A DNA stretch of 64,000 bases, from NCBI GenBank assembly GCA_963733035.1, contig CAVTBU010000005.1:1216001-1280000 (forward strand), written 5' to 3'. A model generated the notes under the pieces. It had not been told where the DNA came from and made no database searches. It saw only the letters and a list, made by a program, of their open reading frames with translations. The DNA is from Pirellulales bacterium. Lineage in GTDB: Bacteria; Planctomycetota; Planctomycetia; Pirellulales; PALSA-1355. A program made the translations under genes and the position numbers. Shown here piece by piece: positions 9,876 through 21,837 of the stretch. The stretch's first letter is position 1. Every line of letters starts with the position of its first letter.

Positions 9876-11260
9876 TTGTCGTTCGCCTCGAGTAACCGCA
9901 ATAGCGCATCGTAGACCCGCACCCGATCCGATTCTTCCGAAGCTAGCTGATCTCGCTGGCGGCGCAATGGCGCCAGGTTGCTTTCCGCGGCACAATTTTT
10001 CATGGAATTCAGCAGCTCGTCGTTGCCGTGAAGCAGGTCGACATACGCGATCAACTTCTGACGGTCCACCAGCACGCGATGCCCTAGCAGCTTTTCTTCG
10101 ATGGCGCCCTGCTCGACGAGTGAGCGACACTGCATGGCAAACCCGAACGGATAGGCCTGGCCGTCATCAAATCGAAAACGTGTCACGCGCTCGGACAACA
10201 TCTCGCCACTCGTTTCGACAATCGGCCCCGGCATCTCCAGTTTGTAGACGAAACTCCGTTTCGCAGCCAACAGGTCTCCGCCATAAAGTCCCAGAATGCG
10301 GTATAGCAGTGGCTGAAGCACCAGCCCCAAGCCATCTTCGCTGCCATAGGTTTCCAGGACGACTTGCTTGGCGGCTTCCTCGTAGCGCTGCGATTTTTCG
10401 AAACCGTCAGGCACCGGCATAACACCGAGCCACTGCAAGATTTCATCGATAACCGCTGGACGCACCGGCTGACCGTCACGGCGTTTGAGTTTCTCCTGGA
10501 ACACACCCCGCAAGTAATTTGCTAAAACCTCATCGCCAGTATCGAATATGCTTTTCGAGCCGTCACCCATCGGTATCCCGTGGCGTGCCAGCAGCGGAGC
10601 AAGCGCAGCGTCAAGCTGGTCCCGCCGATCAAGCTGCCCGCGAGCCCCTACGTCAAACAGCACGTCCGTAACGTCAAACGCAATTGGCGTCACGGTGTTG
10701 CGCATCCAACTGACGACTTCGGTCGTGTCGTACGCATCGCCCAAGCCGCGATTGAGAACCTTCTCGGCGATCGGCAGAAGAATGTCGGCTAATTCCCGGC
10801 GTGCCTGATGCATATCGTCGAGCGTCACGATGTCCGTCAGGGTCTCGCGCCAGCGATGCTCAACCACCAGCACAAGATCTTCCCGCTGGTAGTCAAGTTG
10901 CAGCGTGCCGTCGGGCTTTCCCTGCGGGGCGGTTTTGCGAAAGGTCTGCGGCAATTTGTCGGCCGAGCTGAAATCGCCCCAAGCGGCAAAATAGGGGCGG
11001 TCGTCGTCGCGAATCGCCTCGGGCAACGACCGAATTGTGTCGTTCCACTCCTCATGCGGAATGCGCGGGACATAGGTCCGTTTCTCCCAGGCAGATGAAG
11101 TCTGGGCGTCAGGCGGAGTTTCATCGGCCGGCTGATAAACCGCGCGACTGACGCGTCCATCGGGGTGCAGCACGGTTTCGGCTCGGTAGATCTTTGCTTC
11201 ACAGCCGGCAAGTAGCCCTGCCAGGACAAGCGACGCCAGGGAGACGGTGGAGCGGCGCAT
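9872..11260 (-). CDS. Hypothetical lipoprotein
   Basis: ~462-aa ORF; signal peptide MRRSTVSLASLVLAGLLAG-C with lipobox LAGC; GAGG upstream of ATG 11260. Confidence 0.75.
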   Translation of the reverse strand: MRRSTVSLASLVLAGLLAGCEAKIYRAETVLHPDGRVSRAVYQPADETPPDAQTSSAWEKRTYVPRIPHEEWNDTIRSLPEAIRDDDRPYFAAWGDFSSADKLPQTFRKTAPQGKPDGTLQLDYQREDLVLVVEHRWRETLTDIVTLDDMHQARRELADILLPIAEKVLNRGLGDAYDTTEVVSWMRNTVTPIAFDVTDVLFDVGARGQLDRRDQLDAALAPLLARHGIPMGDGSKSIFDTGDEVLANYLRGVFQEKLKRRDGQPVRPAVIDEILQWLGVMPVPDGFEKSQRYEEAAKQVVLETYGSEDGLGLVLQPLLYRILGLYGGDLLAAKRSFVYKLEMPGPIVETSGEMLSERVTRFRFDDGQAYPFGFAMQCRSLVEQGAIEEKLLGHRVLVDRQKLIAYVDLLHGNDELLNSMKNCAAESNLAPLRRQRDQLASEESDRVRVYDALLRLLEANDN

Positions 11261-11660
11261 GACTACCTCGCGGCAGGGGACGGCGGTGATATGGCACCTG
11301 GTGGAAGCACGGGCAGCACGTATTTGAAGACCGCGAATCGAACGATCGGACAAATGTCACGCACTACCTATTCTTAGAGTACGTCAAACCGCCTACTATT
11401 CCCGGGTTTTCCGCATCCTCTAGTGAACGTCCTGGTTGGGCCGAAATTTATTGCTGGAAGGGGTTTAGGGAAGGATTGCCAAGCCCGGGCCAGATTCGAT
11501 AGAATGCGAGTTTGCCTCGGGCGGAATTGCGCTCAGCGTGCGCCATGTATGGCAACGCAACTCGCCGCTGGGCAAGCGTTTCGGTCGCTTGCCGCCGCGT
11601 TTGGCCGCGGCCCCGATGCGATGACTTTACGGTTCCTGTTTCGAATTTGACTGCTGGCCC

Positions 11661-13139
11661 ATGTTTGAATCCCTGCAAGAAGGTCTGTCTGGCGCGCTCA
11701 AGACGCTCCGCGGCAAGGGAAAGCTGAGCGAGGCGAACATGCGCGAAGGCCTGGGCCTCGTGCAGAAGGCGTTGCTGGAAGCCGACGTCAGCTATCCGGT
11801 CGTCAAGGAGTTCGTCGGCAAGGTCAGCCAGGAGGCGCTGGGCGAGCGCGTGCTGTCATCGCTCGATCCCAGCCAACAGGTCGTCGGCATCGTCCATCAG
11901 GAGCTGATCGACCTGATGGGGCCGGTCGATCACTCGCTGCATTTGCAGGCGGGCGTCACGGTGCTCATGCTCTGTGGCCTGCAGGGTTCCGGCAAAACGA
12001 CAACCACTGGCAAGCTGGGCCGACTCATCCATGAGCGCGGGAAGAAGCCGCTGCTGGTTGCCGCCGACTTGCAACGGCCCGCGGCCATCGAACAACTGCA
12101 CGTGATCGGCGAGCAGCTTGGCCTGGATGTCTACTCCGAGCCGGGTGCAAAAGACCCTGTGGCCGTGTGCCAGGCCGCCGTCAAGCATGCCAAAAAAATC
12201 GGCGCCGACGTGGTGCTACTCGATACGGCCGGCCGGCTGCATATCGACGACGAGCTCATGGAACAGCTCAAGCAGATCGATCGCCGCGTCGAACCGCAGC
12301 AGGTCTATCTGGTCGTCGACGGCATGACCGGTCAGGACGCCGTCAACAGTGCCAAGGCGTTTAACGAGGCACTCGAGCTCGACGGTGTGATCCTCACCAA
12401 GCTCGATGGCGATGCCCGCGGCGGTGCCGTGTTGAGCGTCAAGCACGTGACCGGCGTGCCGATCAAGTTCATCGGCACGGGCGAACATCTCGATGCCCTG
12501 CAAGAGTTTCATCCCGAACGGATGGCGGGGCGGATCCTGGGAATGGGCGACGTCCTGACCCTGGTCGAACAGGCCCAGCAAAAGTTCGATCAGGACGAGA
12601 TGGCGCAGCAAGAGGAGCGGCTTCGCAAGGGCGAGTTCACGCTCGACGATTTCCGCAACATGATGACCCAGACCAAGAAGCTGGGCCCCATCAACAAGAT
12701 TATGAGCCTGCTGCCCGGCATGGGCGGCATGCAGCAGATGATGGACGCGGTGGATGCCGAGGGAGGCATGAAGCGGCTGGGCGGGATTGTCGATGCGATG
12801 ACGCCGGCCGAACGCCGCCACCCGTCGAAAACGATCGACCAGAGCCGCCGCCGGCGGATTGCCGCGGGAGCCGGCGTCGAGCCGCACGAAGTCAACGAGC
12901 TGGTCAAGCAGTTCGACGGCATGGCCGCCATGATGAAGGAAATGGCCGGCCTGGGAATGCGTGACCGCTTCAAGAAGATGCAGGACTTGCAGAAGGGGCT
13001 TACGAACCCCATGGCTCAACTGCAAAAACCCAAGGTCGGCACCGGCAAGCGACTCAACTCGCAGGAGCGGGCCAAACTCCGCAAACAGCGGGAAAAAGAA
13101 GCTCGTCGCCGTAAGCGTGAAACCAGGCGAGGCGGCTAA
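11661..13139 (+). CDS. ffh: Signal recognition particle protein Ffh
   Basis: [31 protein letters not shown], Met-rich M domain. Confidence 0.98.
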   Translation: MFESLQEGLSGALKTLRGKGKLSEANMREGLGLVQKALLEADVSYPVVKEFVGKVSQEALGERVLSSLDPSQQVVGIVHQELIDLMGPVDHSLHLQAGVTVLMLCGLQGSGKTTTTGKLGRLIHERGKKPLLVAADLQRPAAIEQLHVIGEQLGLDVYSEPGAKDPVAVCQAAVKHAKKIGADVVLLDTAGRLHIDDELMEQLKQIDRRVEPQQVYLVVDGMTGQDAVNSAKAFNEALELDGVILTKLDGDARGGAVLSVKHVTGVPIKFIGTGEHLDALQEFHPERMAGRILGMGDVLTLVEQAQQKFDQDEMAQQEERLRKGEFTLDDFRNMMTQTKKLGPINKIMSLLPGMGGMQQMMDAVDAEGGMKRLGGIVDAMTPAERRHPSKTIDQSRRRRIAAGAGVEPHEVNELVKQFDGMAAMMKEMAGLGMRDRFKKMQDLQKGLTNPMAQLQKPKVGTGKRLNSQERAKLRKQREKEARRRKRETRRGG

Positions 13140-13229
13140 CGCCGTGACCCGCCTGGCATTTGAATCCACACTCACTCGGATACCATTGAACATTCGCATC
13201 GCTTTAACCAACTGATCCAGGAGGACCGC

Positions 13230-13694
13230 GTGGCAGTCAGAATTCGCATGAAAATGATGGGCCGAAAACATCGGCCGTTCTTCCGCATTTGTGCCGTCGA
13301 CTCGCGCAATCCGCGCGACGGGCGCGTGCTCGAAGAACTTGGAACCTACGACCCCATGGTCAGCGAGACCGATGCTCGCGCCTTGCTCAGGGCGGAACGC
13401 ATTGCCTATTGGCTGGGCGTCGGCGCCCAGCCCTCGATGAAAGTGAAAACGCTGATCAAGAAGTACGGTGCCAACGGCACCCACGTTGACAGTCAACAGC
13501 AAGCCCGCGAAAAGCTGGCTATGCCCAAGGTGGTGCCCGACGCGGGCGAGCCGGCCTATATTCCGCCGGCCCCTGGTTCGGAGCCAGAGCCGGCCCCGGT
13601 CGCCGAGGCTGCCCCGAGTGAAGCGGCCGCCAGCGAGCAAACTACCGATGCCAACGAAAGCGAATCGAGCGAGGAGACGGCTGCGACCGAATAG
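13230..13694 (+). CDS. rpsP: 30S ribosomal protein S16 with acidic C-terminal extension
   Basis: MAVRIRM..GRKHRPFFRI..DSRNPRDGR..LGTYDP; AGGAGG RBS before GTG. Confidence 0.97.
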   Translation: MAVRIRMKMMGRKHRPFFRICAVDSRNPRDGRVLEELGTYDPMVSETDARALLRAERIAYWLGVGAQPSMKVKTLIKKYGANGTHVDSQQQAREKLAMPKVVPDAGEPAYIPPAPGSEPEPAPVAEAAPSEAAASEQTTDANESESSEETAATE

Positions 13695-13763
13695 TCACCC
13701 GACCTGCGCCGACGGACGCGACGCGGCAAGTGAAACGTTGACCCCGGCTGTGAGCGTAGCGTC

Positions 13764-14471
13764 ATGCGGTTCGATGTGTTGACCTTGTTTCCAGGAATCC
13801 TCGCGGGATACCTGGGGCAAAGTTTGATGAAGTTGGCCATCGAGCGTGGGCTGGTCGACGTCCACTTGCACAACATCCGCGATTGGGCGCGCGACAAACA
13901 CCACACCGTCGACGACCGCCCTTTCGGCGGCGGGCCGGGCATGGTGCTGAAAGTCGAACCGGTGGTCGAGTGTGTGGAAGCGGTGCGAGAATTGGGCCCC
14001 GAACCGGGGCACTTGATCATGCTGTCGCCCCAGGGCCGAAAGCTGGATCAAGCGATCGTCGAGGAATTGGCCGGCAAACGCCGTCTGCTCCTGTTGTGCG
14101 GTCGCTACGAAGGTTTTGATGAGCGAGCAAAACAGATTTTGGAGCCGGACGAGATTTCGATCGGCGATTACATTCTGGGAGGCGGAGAAGTCGCGTCCCT
14201 GGTCATTATCGATGCCGTGGCCCGGTTGGTGCCCGGCGTGCTAGGAGACGAAGAAAGCAATCGACAAGATTCGTTCTCGGGCCAGGACCGACTGCTCGAA
14301 TTTGCCCAATACACGCGGCCCCGCGAATATCGAGGCCTGACGGTGCCCGAGGTCCTCTTGGGCGGCAACCACGAGCAAATTGCCCGCTGGCGCGACGAAC
14401 AAAGTGCCCATCGCACACGCGAGCGGTGCGCCGACCTGTGGGCGAAATCACAAGACAAACCGAAAAACTAA
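13764..14471 (+). CDS. trmD: tRNA (guanine37-N1)-methyltransferase
   Basis: VDDRPFGGGPGMV, LSPQG, CGRYEGFDER, SIGDYILGGGE. Confidence 0.98.
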   Translation: MRFDVLTLFPGILAGYLGQSLMKLAIERGLVDVHLHNIRDWARDKHHTVDDRPFGGGPGMVLKVEPVVECVEAVRELGPEPGHLIMLSPQGRKLDQAIVEELAGKRRLLLLCGRYEGFDERAKQILEPDEISIGDYILGGGEVASLVIIDAVARLVPGVLGDEESNRQDSFSGQDRLLEFAQYTRPREYRGLTVPEVLLGGNHEQIARWRDEQSAHRTRERCADLWAKSQDKPKN

Positions 14472-14565
14472 AATTGGGCAATTGCCGCCAGCGGCCCTCC
14501 CACCGTCGCTTGTGGTGCTGCCCCAATCACCGTAAAACAGATACCAAATAGAAAGGCCCCGACCC

Positions 14566-14940
14566 ATGAGCCAGCAAATTCTTGAGCTCGTCGAAAAGAG
14601 CTCTCTGAAAGAAGAAAAGCCCGAGTTTCAAATCGGCGACACCGTGGACGTCCACACCCGAATTCTTGAGGGTGAGAAGGAACGGATTCAGATCTTCAAC
14701 GGCGTGGTAATCGCCCGGGCCGGCTCTGGCACGCGCGAGACCTTCACGGTCCGCCGCATCGTGGCAGGCGGCGGCGTCGAGCGGAAGTTTCCAATACATT
14801 CGCCGCGGATTGCCAAGATCGAAGTCAAACGCCGGGGCGTCGTCCGCCGAGCCAAGCTGTACTTTCTCCGCGACCGCGTCGGCAAGGCCGTCCGTCTGCG
14901 AGAGCGGCGCGACACGGGCTCCAAGGAAAACAAAGCGTAG
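14566..14940 (+). CDS. rplS: 50S ribosomal protein L19
   Basis: [34 protein letters not shown]. Confidence 0.98.
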   Translation: MSQQILELVEKSSLKEEKPEFQIGDTVDVHTRILEGEKERIQIFNGVVIARAGSGTRETFTVRRIVAGGGVERKFPIHSPRIAKIEVKRRGVVRRAKLYFLRDRVGKAVRLRERRDTGSKENKA

Positions 14941-15062
14941 TTGCGAGCGAAGCGATTCCTTCGTTGCCGCACGTCAACGTGCCGCCGGGGCTGCCCGACG
15001 GCAGCGGCCAAGATTGTTTTCGTCTCGAGGCGCGCTAACGACGTCGCGTGAGGGTTCCCCGC

Positions 15063-15491
15063 ATGAACTTCACGTCATTCGTGACTCGGCTGCGCTTGGC
15101 CTGGCAGCGGCACAACTCGCTCGATCGCCGGGGCGAACGGGCGGCCGAACGCTGTGTTCGCCGCTTGGGCTACAAAATCGTCGCCCGTCGAGAGCGCGGC
15201 CGACTGGGCGAGTTAGACCTCGTGGCCGTCGACAAGCGAACGATCGTGTTCATCGAGGTGAAGACCCGGCGGAGCCACGACAAAGGTCATCCGGCCGATG
15301 CCGTCGACGCCGACAAACAGCAGCGACTGACACGGCTCGCGCTCGCCTACCTCAAGCGCCACGGTCTGCTGGAGTACTCCGCCCGCTTCGACGTCGTCGC
15401 CGTCACCTGGCCCAACGGCGCCAAGCAACCCACGATCGATCACTATAAGAATGCATTCCCGGCGATCGGCCGTGGGCAGATGTTTAGCTAG
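15063..15491 (+). CDS. yraN: YraN family (UPF0102) putative endonuclease
   Basis: GERAA, GELDLVA, VFIEVKTR, RFDVVAV. Confidence 0.9.
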   Translation: MNFTSFVTRLRLAWQRHNSLDRRGERAAERCVRRLGYKIVARRERGRLGELDLVAVDKRTIVFIEVKTRRSHDKGHPADAVDADKQQRLTRLALAYLKRHGLLEYSARFDVVAVTWPNGAKQPTIDHYKNAFPAIGRGQMFS

Positions 15492-15543
15492 TGGGGACTA
15501 CTCCGAACGCGCATGTCCCCCCGGCACGCTCTAGAATGGGAGA

Positions 15544-17559
15544 ATGACTCCTCCGCGTCAAACCTTTCGATTTCTTCCCTGGGCGGCAGCCGGCACCTGG
15601 CTGTTGTGGGCGATCAGCGTCGCGGACATGGCTTGGTACTACACCATTCGCGCGGAGCACCCCAGCTACGTCCCCATCCTGGCTTTGCTCACGTCGTTGG
15701 CATTGGCGGGAATTGTTTTGCTAGGCGGAGCCGCTATTCGCCTGGTACGTGGGCCCGTTCGTCGCCGCGCAATTGGCTGGCTAATGGTTGGTTTGACGCC
15801 ACTATTCCTGGCCGCAGCGCACTTGGGGTTAAGCGCTTGGTACCAGTTCCGCGATCACTCGCTCCCCAATGCACCTAGCAAATGGGCCGCTAGTGCGTTT
15901 GCCAGCGTGGGAGATCTCGTGGCCCGCATTCGCCACCCGCACTGCAGCACGGGTAAGCGTGTCGTCATGTTTCACGACGCGGATGATCAGGCGGCCAGCG
16001 AACTCGCGTCGCTGGATGAACACGTGGAACGCATGGAAGAACTGCTGGGCAAGTCATCTACCGCAACAGCTCATCTTTACCGCGGCCCGGTGTTTGACGC
16101 TTCGGCTCAAATCGCGGGTTGGTACCTGTGTGGACTGGCCATCGTGGAAATGCACGGCGAAACCATTGGCTCGCTCGACCGCCACGAATTGGCGCACGCC
16201 GTCGTCGACTTCCACAGCGACATCGATGCCGTGCCGCCGGCGGTGTTGGTGGAAGGCTGGGCCGAAAGCCAGTCCGGCTACGACGAAGCCTACCTCGCGC
16301 AGCGTGCCTGGCGGCGATGCCTGCGTGGTGAACGAATGAGCCTCCAAGCGATGACGGGCGATGCGTTCTACTTCGCGGCGGATTGGCATTGCTACGAGCT
16401 GGGTGGTCCACTGGTCGACTATCTCCTGAGGGCCTTTGGCGGTCCGAAGTTCCTTGAGTTGTACACAACGTGTCGGCCGGAGTCGTTCGCCGCGGACGTA
16501 AAGCGAGTGTATGGTCTATCGCTGTCTCAGTTGGACGAACGCTATTGGGCGGACATCGCGGATCAGGTGGCGCATAAGCCGTCGCCATTTGATGGTGCCC
16601 TCGCGGCTGCGTCTGTCTCTGACGGAGTCGATCGCGAACAGTGGGAAGTGTTCGCGCACGATTTCGCCACGGCCGTCCAGCAACCGACGGCGGAAACCGG
16701 CCCCGTCATCGTGGAGTACATCCGAAAGTCTCGCGGAAGCGAGGGAGAGGCGGAAACGGAAACCAACGAGATCATTCGTTCGGGCGATCGTCATCGCTGG
16801 CTGATGCGGACCTCGAAGAACCAGCAGTTGGTGCTTGCCACGCCGGAGTTAACCTGCTTCGTCACCCGGCCGAATGAGTCCGCCGATTGGTCGTTCGACG
16901 ATTGGGACAGCCTGCATCGTCGGCCGGCGGACTATTGGAATTGTCTTCGATTTATCGAGATCGCGGATTGGCCATCGAGCGGCGACTACAACGACCTGCG
17001 GTCGCGGATGTTCGTCGAGAGCGTGCGCCGCGAAAATTTTCGCGTTACGCATCTCTCCCACGATCACATCGATGGCGAGCCAACCGCGCGGCTTGAGTGC
17101 GAATACTTTTTTTCGATTAATGGGGGAAATGCCAGTGTCCAAAACCGATTCGTCCTGCTGCCTAATCGGCATTTTGCCATTCGTGAGTACGAAATACGGC
17201 ACGTCTCGCCTCAGCAAACCACCGTCGAGTCAGGCACGCTTGAGTATCCGGCCGACGACCGCGCGTCGGCCCGGCCAACTCGCATGGAACATCACTTGAA
17301 GGGTCGTCGGTCTCAAGCCGCCGCGACTTGGGAACTTGTGCGCTACGAACCGTGGAGTGATGCACTTGACGTGTTCGATTCAGAGCAACTGGGAATCTCG
17401 CGAGCACAGGTAGACGCCTGCTATCGGCCACCGTGGTACCTGTGGTGCTGGGGGCCGCTGGCGGCGGTATCGCTCATAGTCGGCCTCGCCCTATTGATGG
17501 GAGGTCGAACGCGGCCACAACCTGACTCGGATGACAACCATTCTGTCGGGGATGTCTAG
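15544..17559 (+). CDS. Membrane protein with gluzincin-type (peptidase MA-like) zinc-binding motif
   Basis: Three N-terminal hydrophobic segments; HELAH followed ~17 aa later by [24 protein letters not shown]-terminal TM. Confidence 0.7.
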   Translation: MTPPRQTFRFLPWAAAGTWLLWAISVADMAWYYTIRAEHPSYVPILALLTSLALAGIVLLGGAAIRLVRGPVRRRAIGWLMVGLTPLFLAAAHLGLSAWYQFRDHSLPNAPSKWAASAFASVGDLVARIRHPHCSTGKRVVMFHDADDQAASELASLDEHVERMEELLGKSSTATAHLYRGPVFDASAQIAGWYLCGLAIVEMHGETIGSLDRHELAHAVVDFHSDIDAVPPAVLVEGWAESQSGYDEAYLAQRAWRRCLRGERMSLQAMTGDAFYFAADWHCYELGGPLVDYLLRAFGGPKFLELYTTCRPESFAADVKRVYGLSLSQLDERYWADIADQVAHKPSPFDGALAAASVSDGVDREQWEVFAHDFATAVQQPTAETGPVIVEYIRKSRGSEGEAETETNEIIRSGDRHRWLMRTSKNQQLVLATPELTCFVTRPNESADWSFDDWDSLHRRPADYWNCLRFIEIADWPSSGDYNDLRSRMFVESVRRENFRVTHLSHDHIDGEPTARLECEYFFSINGGNASVQNRFVLLPNRHFAIREYEIRHVSPQQTTVESGTLEYPADDRASARPTRMEHHLKGRRSQAAATWELVRYEPWSDALDVFDSEQLGISRAQVDACYRPPWYLWCWGPLAAVSLIVGLALLMGGRTRPQPDSDDNHSVGDV

Positions 17560-18275
17560 CCGGCAAACGGCCAATCGGAACCTAGCGCCTTTTGCTGGAT
17601 CTGGCGAATCTCCGCCAGGCCGCCCTTGGCCAGCTTGAGCAGCGCGGCCAGATCGTCTTCGCTGAAGGTGGCTTCCTCGCCGGTTCCCTGTACTTCCACG
17701 AAACGGCCTCCGCCGGTCATGACGACGTTCATGTCCACTTCCGCCGCCACGTCCTCGACATAGTCCAGATCGAGCACCGGCCGGCCTTCGACCATGCCGA
17801 CGCTGATTGCGCCCACACTGTCATTCAGCGGATACTTGGGCAGATCGGGAATCGTGCTGATTGCGTCGACCAGCGCAATCAGGGCGCCGGTGATGCTGGC
17901 CGTGCGGGTGCCGCCGTCGGCTTCGAGGACGTCGCAATCGACCATGATCGAACGCTCGCCAAGGGCGTCCAGATTAACCACGGCTCGCAGGCTGCGGCCA
18001 ATGAGCCGTTGAATTTCGGTCGTGCGGCCGTCCACTTTGCCAACGTCACGGCGTTTTCGCGGGCTGGTGCTGCCCGGCAGCATGCTGTATTCGGCGGTGA
18101 CCCAACCGCGCCCCTGGCCAGCCATCCAAGGCGGCACGCTGTTGTCAATGCTGGCGGTGCAAAGCACGGTTGTGCGGCCCGATTTGATCAACACACTGCC
18201 GGAGGCCGGTCGAGTGAATTGGCGTTGTACGCTGATGGGGCGGAGCGAATCGGGACTGCGGCCGTCGTGTCGCAT
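17556..18275 (-). CDS. rph: Ribonuclease PH
   Basis: [51 protein letters not shown]. Confidence 0.97.
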   Translation of the reverse strand: MRHDGRSPDSLRPISVQRQFTRPASGSVLIKSGRTTVLCTASIDNSVPPWMAGQGRGWVTAEYSMLPGSTSPRKRRDVGKVDGRTTEIQRLIGRSLRAVVNLDALGERSIMVDCDVLEADGGTRTASITGALIALVDAISTIPDLPKYPLNDSVGAISVGMVEGRPVLDLDYVEDVAAEVDMNVVMTGGGRFVEVQGTGEEATFSEDDLAALLKLAKGGLAEIRQIQQKALGSDWPFAG

Positions 18276-18322
18276 GAATATTTCCTCGTTGGCCGCGTGG
18301 CCGGCTGCGTTTCAATCGGCCG

Positions 18323-19240
18323 TCAGCTTTGTGCGCCCAGGATCCAGGCCAAGATGCCCTTCTGGACGTGCAGGCGATTGGCCGCTTGTTGCACAACCAC
18401 GCTTTGCGGTCCGTCGATCACTTCGTTGGTAACTTCTTCGCCGCGATGAGCCGGTAGACAGTGCATGAACAGCGCGCCCTCGGGAGCCTGGGCCATCAGT
18501 TTCGCATTCACCTGATAGTCGGCAAACACCTGGCGGCGCTTCTCCGATTCTTCTTCCTGGCCCATGCTGGTCCAAACGTCGGTATAGACCGCGGCGGCCC
18601 CCTTGACGGCTTCCGCCGGATCCGCCGTCGTCAGCAGGTCCAGATCGGGAACTTCGTCGTTCAAATGAGCGAGGAACTCGGCATCGAATTCGTACCCCTT
18701 GGGGGACGCGATGGCGAAACGAATGCCCATCTTGCCGCAGCCCTCGGCCAGGCTGTGAGCAACGTTGTTGCCGTCGCCCACGTAGGCCAGGGTTTGCCCC
18801 TTCAGCCGGCCGACGCTTTCCTTCATCGTGTATAAATCCGCGAGCGCCTGGCAGGGATGGGCGAAGTCCGTGAGTCCGTTCACCACGGCACAAGCGCTGT
18901 ACTGCGCCAAGTCGACGGCGGTCTGATGCTTGTGCGCTCGCACGACGATGACATCGGCATATTGGCTCAACACGCGACCAAAGTCCGCCACGCTCTCGCG
19001 AGAGCCAAACCCCGCCTCGTTACCGAGGAAAATGCTGCTGCCCCCCAGATTGATCATGCCAGCCTCGAAGCTCACACGGGTGCGCAGCGAAGGCTTTTCG
19101 AACAGCAGCGCCATCACCCGCCCCGGCAAGAGCGCGTCACGCCGCCCTTGGTCGTACTTGGCCTTCAAGTCCTGGGTGATGGCAAAAATCCGATCGATCT
19201 CGGCCGATTTCAAATCGGCCACAGTAAGCAGATTTCGCAT
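18323..19240 (-). CDS. argF: Ornithine carbamoyltransferase
   Basis: FEKPSLRTRVSF, HPCQALAD, YTDVWTSMG, FMHCLPAHRG. Confidence 0.97.
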   Translation of the reverse strand: MRNLLTVADLKSAEIDRIFAITQDLKAKYDQGRRDALLPGRVMALLFEKPSLRTRVSFEAGMINLGGSSIFLGNEAGFGSRESVADFGRVLSQYADVIVVRAHKHQTAVDLAQYSACAVVNGLTDFAHPCQALADLYTMKESVGRLKGQTLAYVGDGNNVAHSLAEGCGKMGIRFAIASPKGYEFDAEFLAHLNDEVPDLDLLTTADPAEAVKGAAAVYTDVWTSMGQEEESEKRRQVFADYQVNAKLMAQAPEGALFMHCLPAHRGEEVTNEVIDGPQSVVVQQAANRLHVQKGILAWILGAQS

Positions 19241-19280
19241 GGGCATTACTCTCGCTGACGACTGGCACGCGGCGGGCTTG

Positions 19281-20486
19281 CTAGCCGGTCTGTTCCTTAA
19301 GGACGGCAGCCAATATGTCGCAGCCGTCGTGGAGTTGTTGTTCGCTCAAATTCATTGCCGGCAGCAGCCGGATGACCGTGTCATGCGTGCAGTTGACCAG
19401 CAGCTTGCGGTCCATGCAGCCCTGCACCACGGGCGTGCCGTCCACCGTCAGCTCGAGTCCGATCATGACGCCCTGCACGCGCACGTCGCGGATCAGGTCG
19501 CACTCCGACTGTAGCGCGGTAAGCCGCTCTCGAAACAGTTCGCCGAGCCGCCGGGCATGCTTGAGCAGCCCCTCCTGTTCGATCATTTCGATGGCCGCAA
19601 TCCCCGCCCGGGCGGCAATCGGATTGCCACCGAAGGTGGCGGCGTGCATGCCGGGCCGCAGGCTGGGAGCGATTTCGGCCGTCGCCAACAGGGCACCACC
19701 GGCAATGCCGCCGCACAGGCTCTTGGCCAGCGTCATCACATCGGGCGTGACACCGTAGTGCTGATAGGCAAACCACTCACCGGTCCGCCCGCATCCGGTC
19801 TGCACCTCGTCGAACACGAGGAGTAGCCCCTGGTCGTTGGCAATGCTACGCAGCCCTGCCAGGAACCCATCGGGAGGCAGATTGACGCCACCTTCTCCTT
19901 GAATGGGCTCGATCATGATGGCGGCGGTCTCGTCGTCGACGAGTCGCGACACCGCGTCCAGGTCGCCGTAGGGCGCGTACACAAAGCCGGCCATCAGCGG
20001 ACCAAGACCTTCATGATATTTGGGCTGGGCGGTAGCGGCCGTCGCGCCCAACGTGCGGCCATGAAAGCCGCCTTCGAACGTGATGATCTTGTAGCGTCCC
20101 TTGGGAGCATGCAACCGGACCAGCTTGATGGCGGCCTCGTTCGCTTCCGTTCCCGAGTTGCAGAAGAACGCCTGACCGCCGAAACTTCGGTCGGACAAAA
20201 GTTTGGCCCACTGTCCCTGGGCTTCGGTGTACCAGGTGTTGGGTACGTGAATTAGCCTGGCAACTTGTTCCTGCACGGCCTGGACAACGGGCGGGGGACA
20301 ATGGCCCAACAGGTTGCAACCCCAGCCCGGAAAGAAGTCGAGGTACTTGTTCCCGTCGGCATCCCAAACCCAGGACCCTTCGCCGCGGTCGAGCACGACA
20401 CCATAGCGGCGATAGTTGGGCACGACGTATTTCTTGAACGTCTCGACGATTTCGCTGGTTGTCTTGCTCGCTGGGATGGTTGCCAT
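19281..20486 (-). CDS. argD: Acetylornithine aminotransferase
   Basis: [41 protein letters not shown]; lies between argB and argF. Confidence 0.93.
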   Translation of the reverse strand: MATIPASKTTSEIVETFKKYVVPNYRRYGVVLDRGEGSWVWDADGNKYLDFFPGWGCNLLGHCPPPVVQAVQEQVARLIHVPNTWYTEAQGQWAKLLSDRSFGGQAFFCNSGTEANEAAIKLVRLHAPKGRYKIITFEGGFHGRTLGATAATAQPKYHEGLGPLMAGFVYAPYGDLDAVSRLVDDETAAIMIEPIQGEGGVNLPPDGFLAGLRSIANDQGLLLVFDEVQTGCGRTGEWFAYQHYGVTPDVMTLAKSLCGGIAGGALLATAEIAPSLRPGMHAATFGGNPIAARAGIAAIEMIEQEGLLKHARRLGELFRERLTALQSECDLIRDVRVQGVMIGLELTVDGTPVVQGCMDRKLLVNCTHDTVIRLLPAMNLSEQQLHDGCDILAAVLKEQTG

Positions 20487-20612
20487 GAAGTGGTTCTCCC
20501 GTGAGGGCGAAAAGATCTGGAACGGAGGGTGCCAAAGTCCCAAAGACATCCCCTGGGCGCGACAGGTTCGGCATGGCTCGGCGGCCGCCACGCAATGCGC
20601 CGGCAGGTGCGT

Positions 20613-21497
20613 TTAGGCCGGGTCTTTGATGATTTCGGTGCCCACCCCTTTATTCGTGTAAATCTCCAGCAGCAGGCCGTGACGATCGCGTCCATCGATA
20701 ATGTGGACCTTGCGAATACCCTTGCCGAGCGTTTCGAGACACGCTTCCACCTTCGGAATCATGCCTCGCTCGATCGTACCGTTGCGGATCAACTCTCGGG
20801 CCTGACTAGCCGTGAGGGAATTGATCAGCGAATCAGGATCGTCCTTTTGCAAGCGGACGCCATTGACGTCGCTCATGTACACCAGTTTCTCGGAACCCAG
20901 GGACTGCGCAACGGCCGTGGCCGCGGTATCGGCGTTCACGTTCAGCTTCTCGTCGTTTTCCCCCAAACACATCGAAGGAATGACCGGGACGATTCCCGCG
21001 TAGCACAGGTTATTAATCGTGGTGCGATCGACTCGAGTGACCGTACCGACGGCTCCCAAGTCGACCTGGTTGCCGGCCTCGTCATGCAACGAGAGACGCT
21101 CACCCCACAGCACGTTGGTCGTGCGAAAGTTGAGCGGCGCGGCACGGCCGCCGAACGCTTCGATCCGCTCGGCAATATGTTCATTGGTTTCATAGGCCAG
21201 CACGCGTTCCACGATGTCGCGCGTGGCGTCATCGGTGTACCGGCGACCCTGGATAAACCGGGGTGTCAGCCCCGCGGCGTCCATGGCCCGATTGATCGCC
21301 GCGCCGCCGCCGTGCACGACAACCGGACGCATGCCCACCGTTTCCATGAAAACGATATCCACCAGCAGATGCCGCAGCGCATCGACGTCGTCAAGCAGGC
21401 TGCCGCCCAACTTGATGACCGTCACCTTGTCGCGGAACTGGCGAATCCAGCCCAGGGCTTCGATCAGCACATCGGCCTTTTCCGTGGGGGTGAGCAA
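20613..21497 (-). CDS. argB: Acetylglutamate kinase
   Basis: [37 protein letters not shown]; start estimated at TTG 21497. Confidence 0.95.
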   Translation of the reverse strand: MLTPTEKADVLIEALGWIRQFRDKVTVIKLGGSLLDDVDALRHLLVDIVFMETVGMRPVVVHGGGAAINRAMDAAGLTPRFIQGRRYTDDATRDIVERVLAYETNEHIAERIEAFGGRAAPLNFRTTNVLWGERLSLHDEAGNQVDLGAVGTVTRVDRTTINNLCYAGIVPVIPSMCLGENDEKLNVNADTAATAVAQSLGSEKLVYMSDVNGVRLQKDDPDSLINSLTASQARELIRNGTIERGMIPKVEACLETLGKGIRKVHIIDGRDRHGLLLEIYTNKGVGTEIIKDPA

Positions 21498-21606
21498 CGC
21501 AGGCAAGACTCCGGCTTGGAGATGCGGATCGAGGCGGGGACGCGAATCGGAGACGTCGACCGCCCTTGGCAATCTGAAGGGGTGAATTCATCAGGGAAAA
21601 CGTATC

Positions 21607-21634
21607 ATTGTAGGGTACCCCCAGGGGCTGTCAA
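21607..21634 (-). promoter_or_regulatory. Putative sigma70 promoter of argB-argD-argF-rph
   Basis: Minus strand TTGACA (21629-21634), 16-nt spacer, TACAAT (21607-21612). Confidence 0.6.
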
Positions 21635-21837
21635 CGCGATCCCAATGGTCCTCCCAGGCGTGAATCGTTGGCTCGGAAACCATGTCGTCGCGAGCCTCTG
21701 GCCAGGTGCCGCTGTCAAACCGTTGGCAACGAACTGGGCAAAACGACCGGTTTTTAGCCCGCCCCCTGGAACCACCACGAGCGAATTGCCAAGATGGGAG
21801 TTTTCGCACGACTTATCTTCCGGAGTAATTCCAGCCA

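Noticed and set aside
12216..13640. Long antisense ORFs (also 20529-21845, 28700-30190, 37269-38366, 48369-50165, 52734-53972, 60914-62158)
   Set aside because: They are shadows of well-recognised genes, caused by GC-rich codon usage that leaves few stops on the opposite strand; no motifs or RBS support them.
21391..21591. Arg-containing upstream ORF as an attenuator for argB
   Set aside because: Arg codons are expected in GC-rich frames, there is no terminator/antiterminator pair, and the ORF runs deep into argB.
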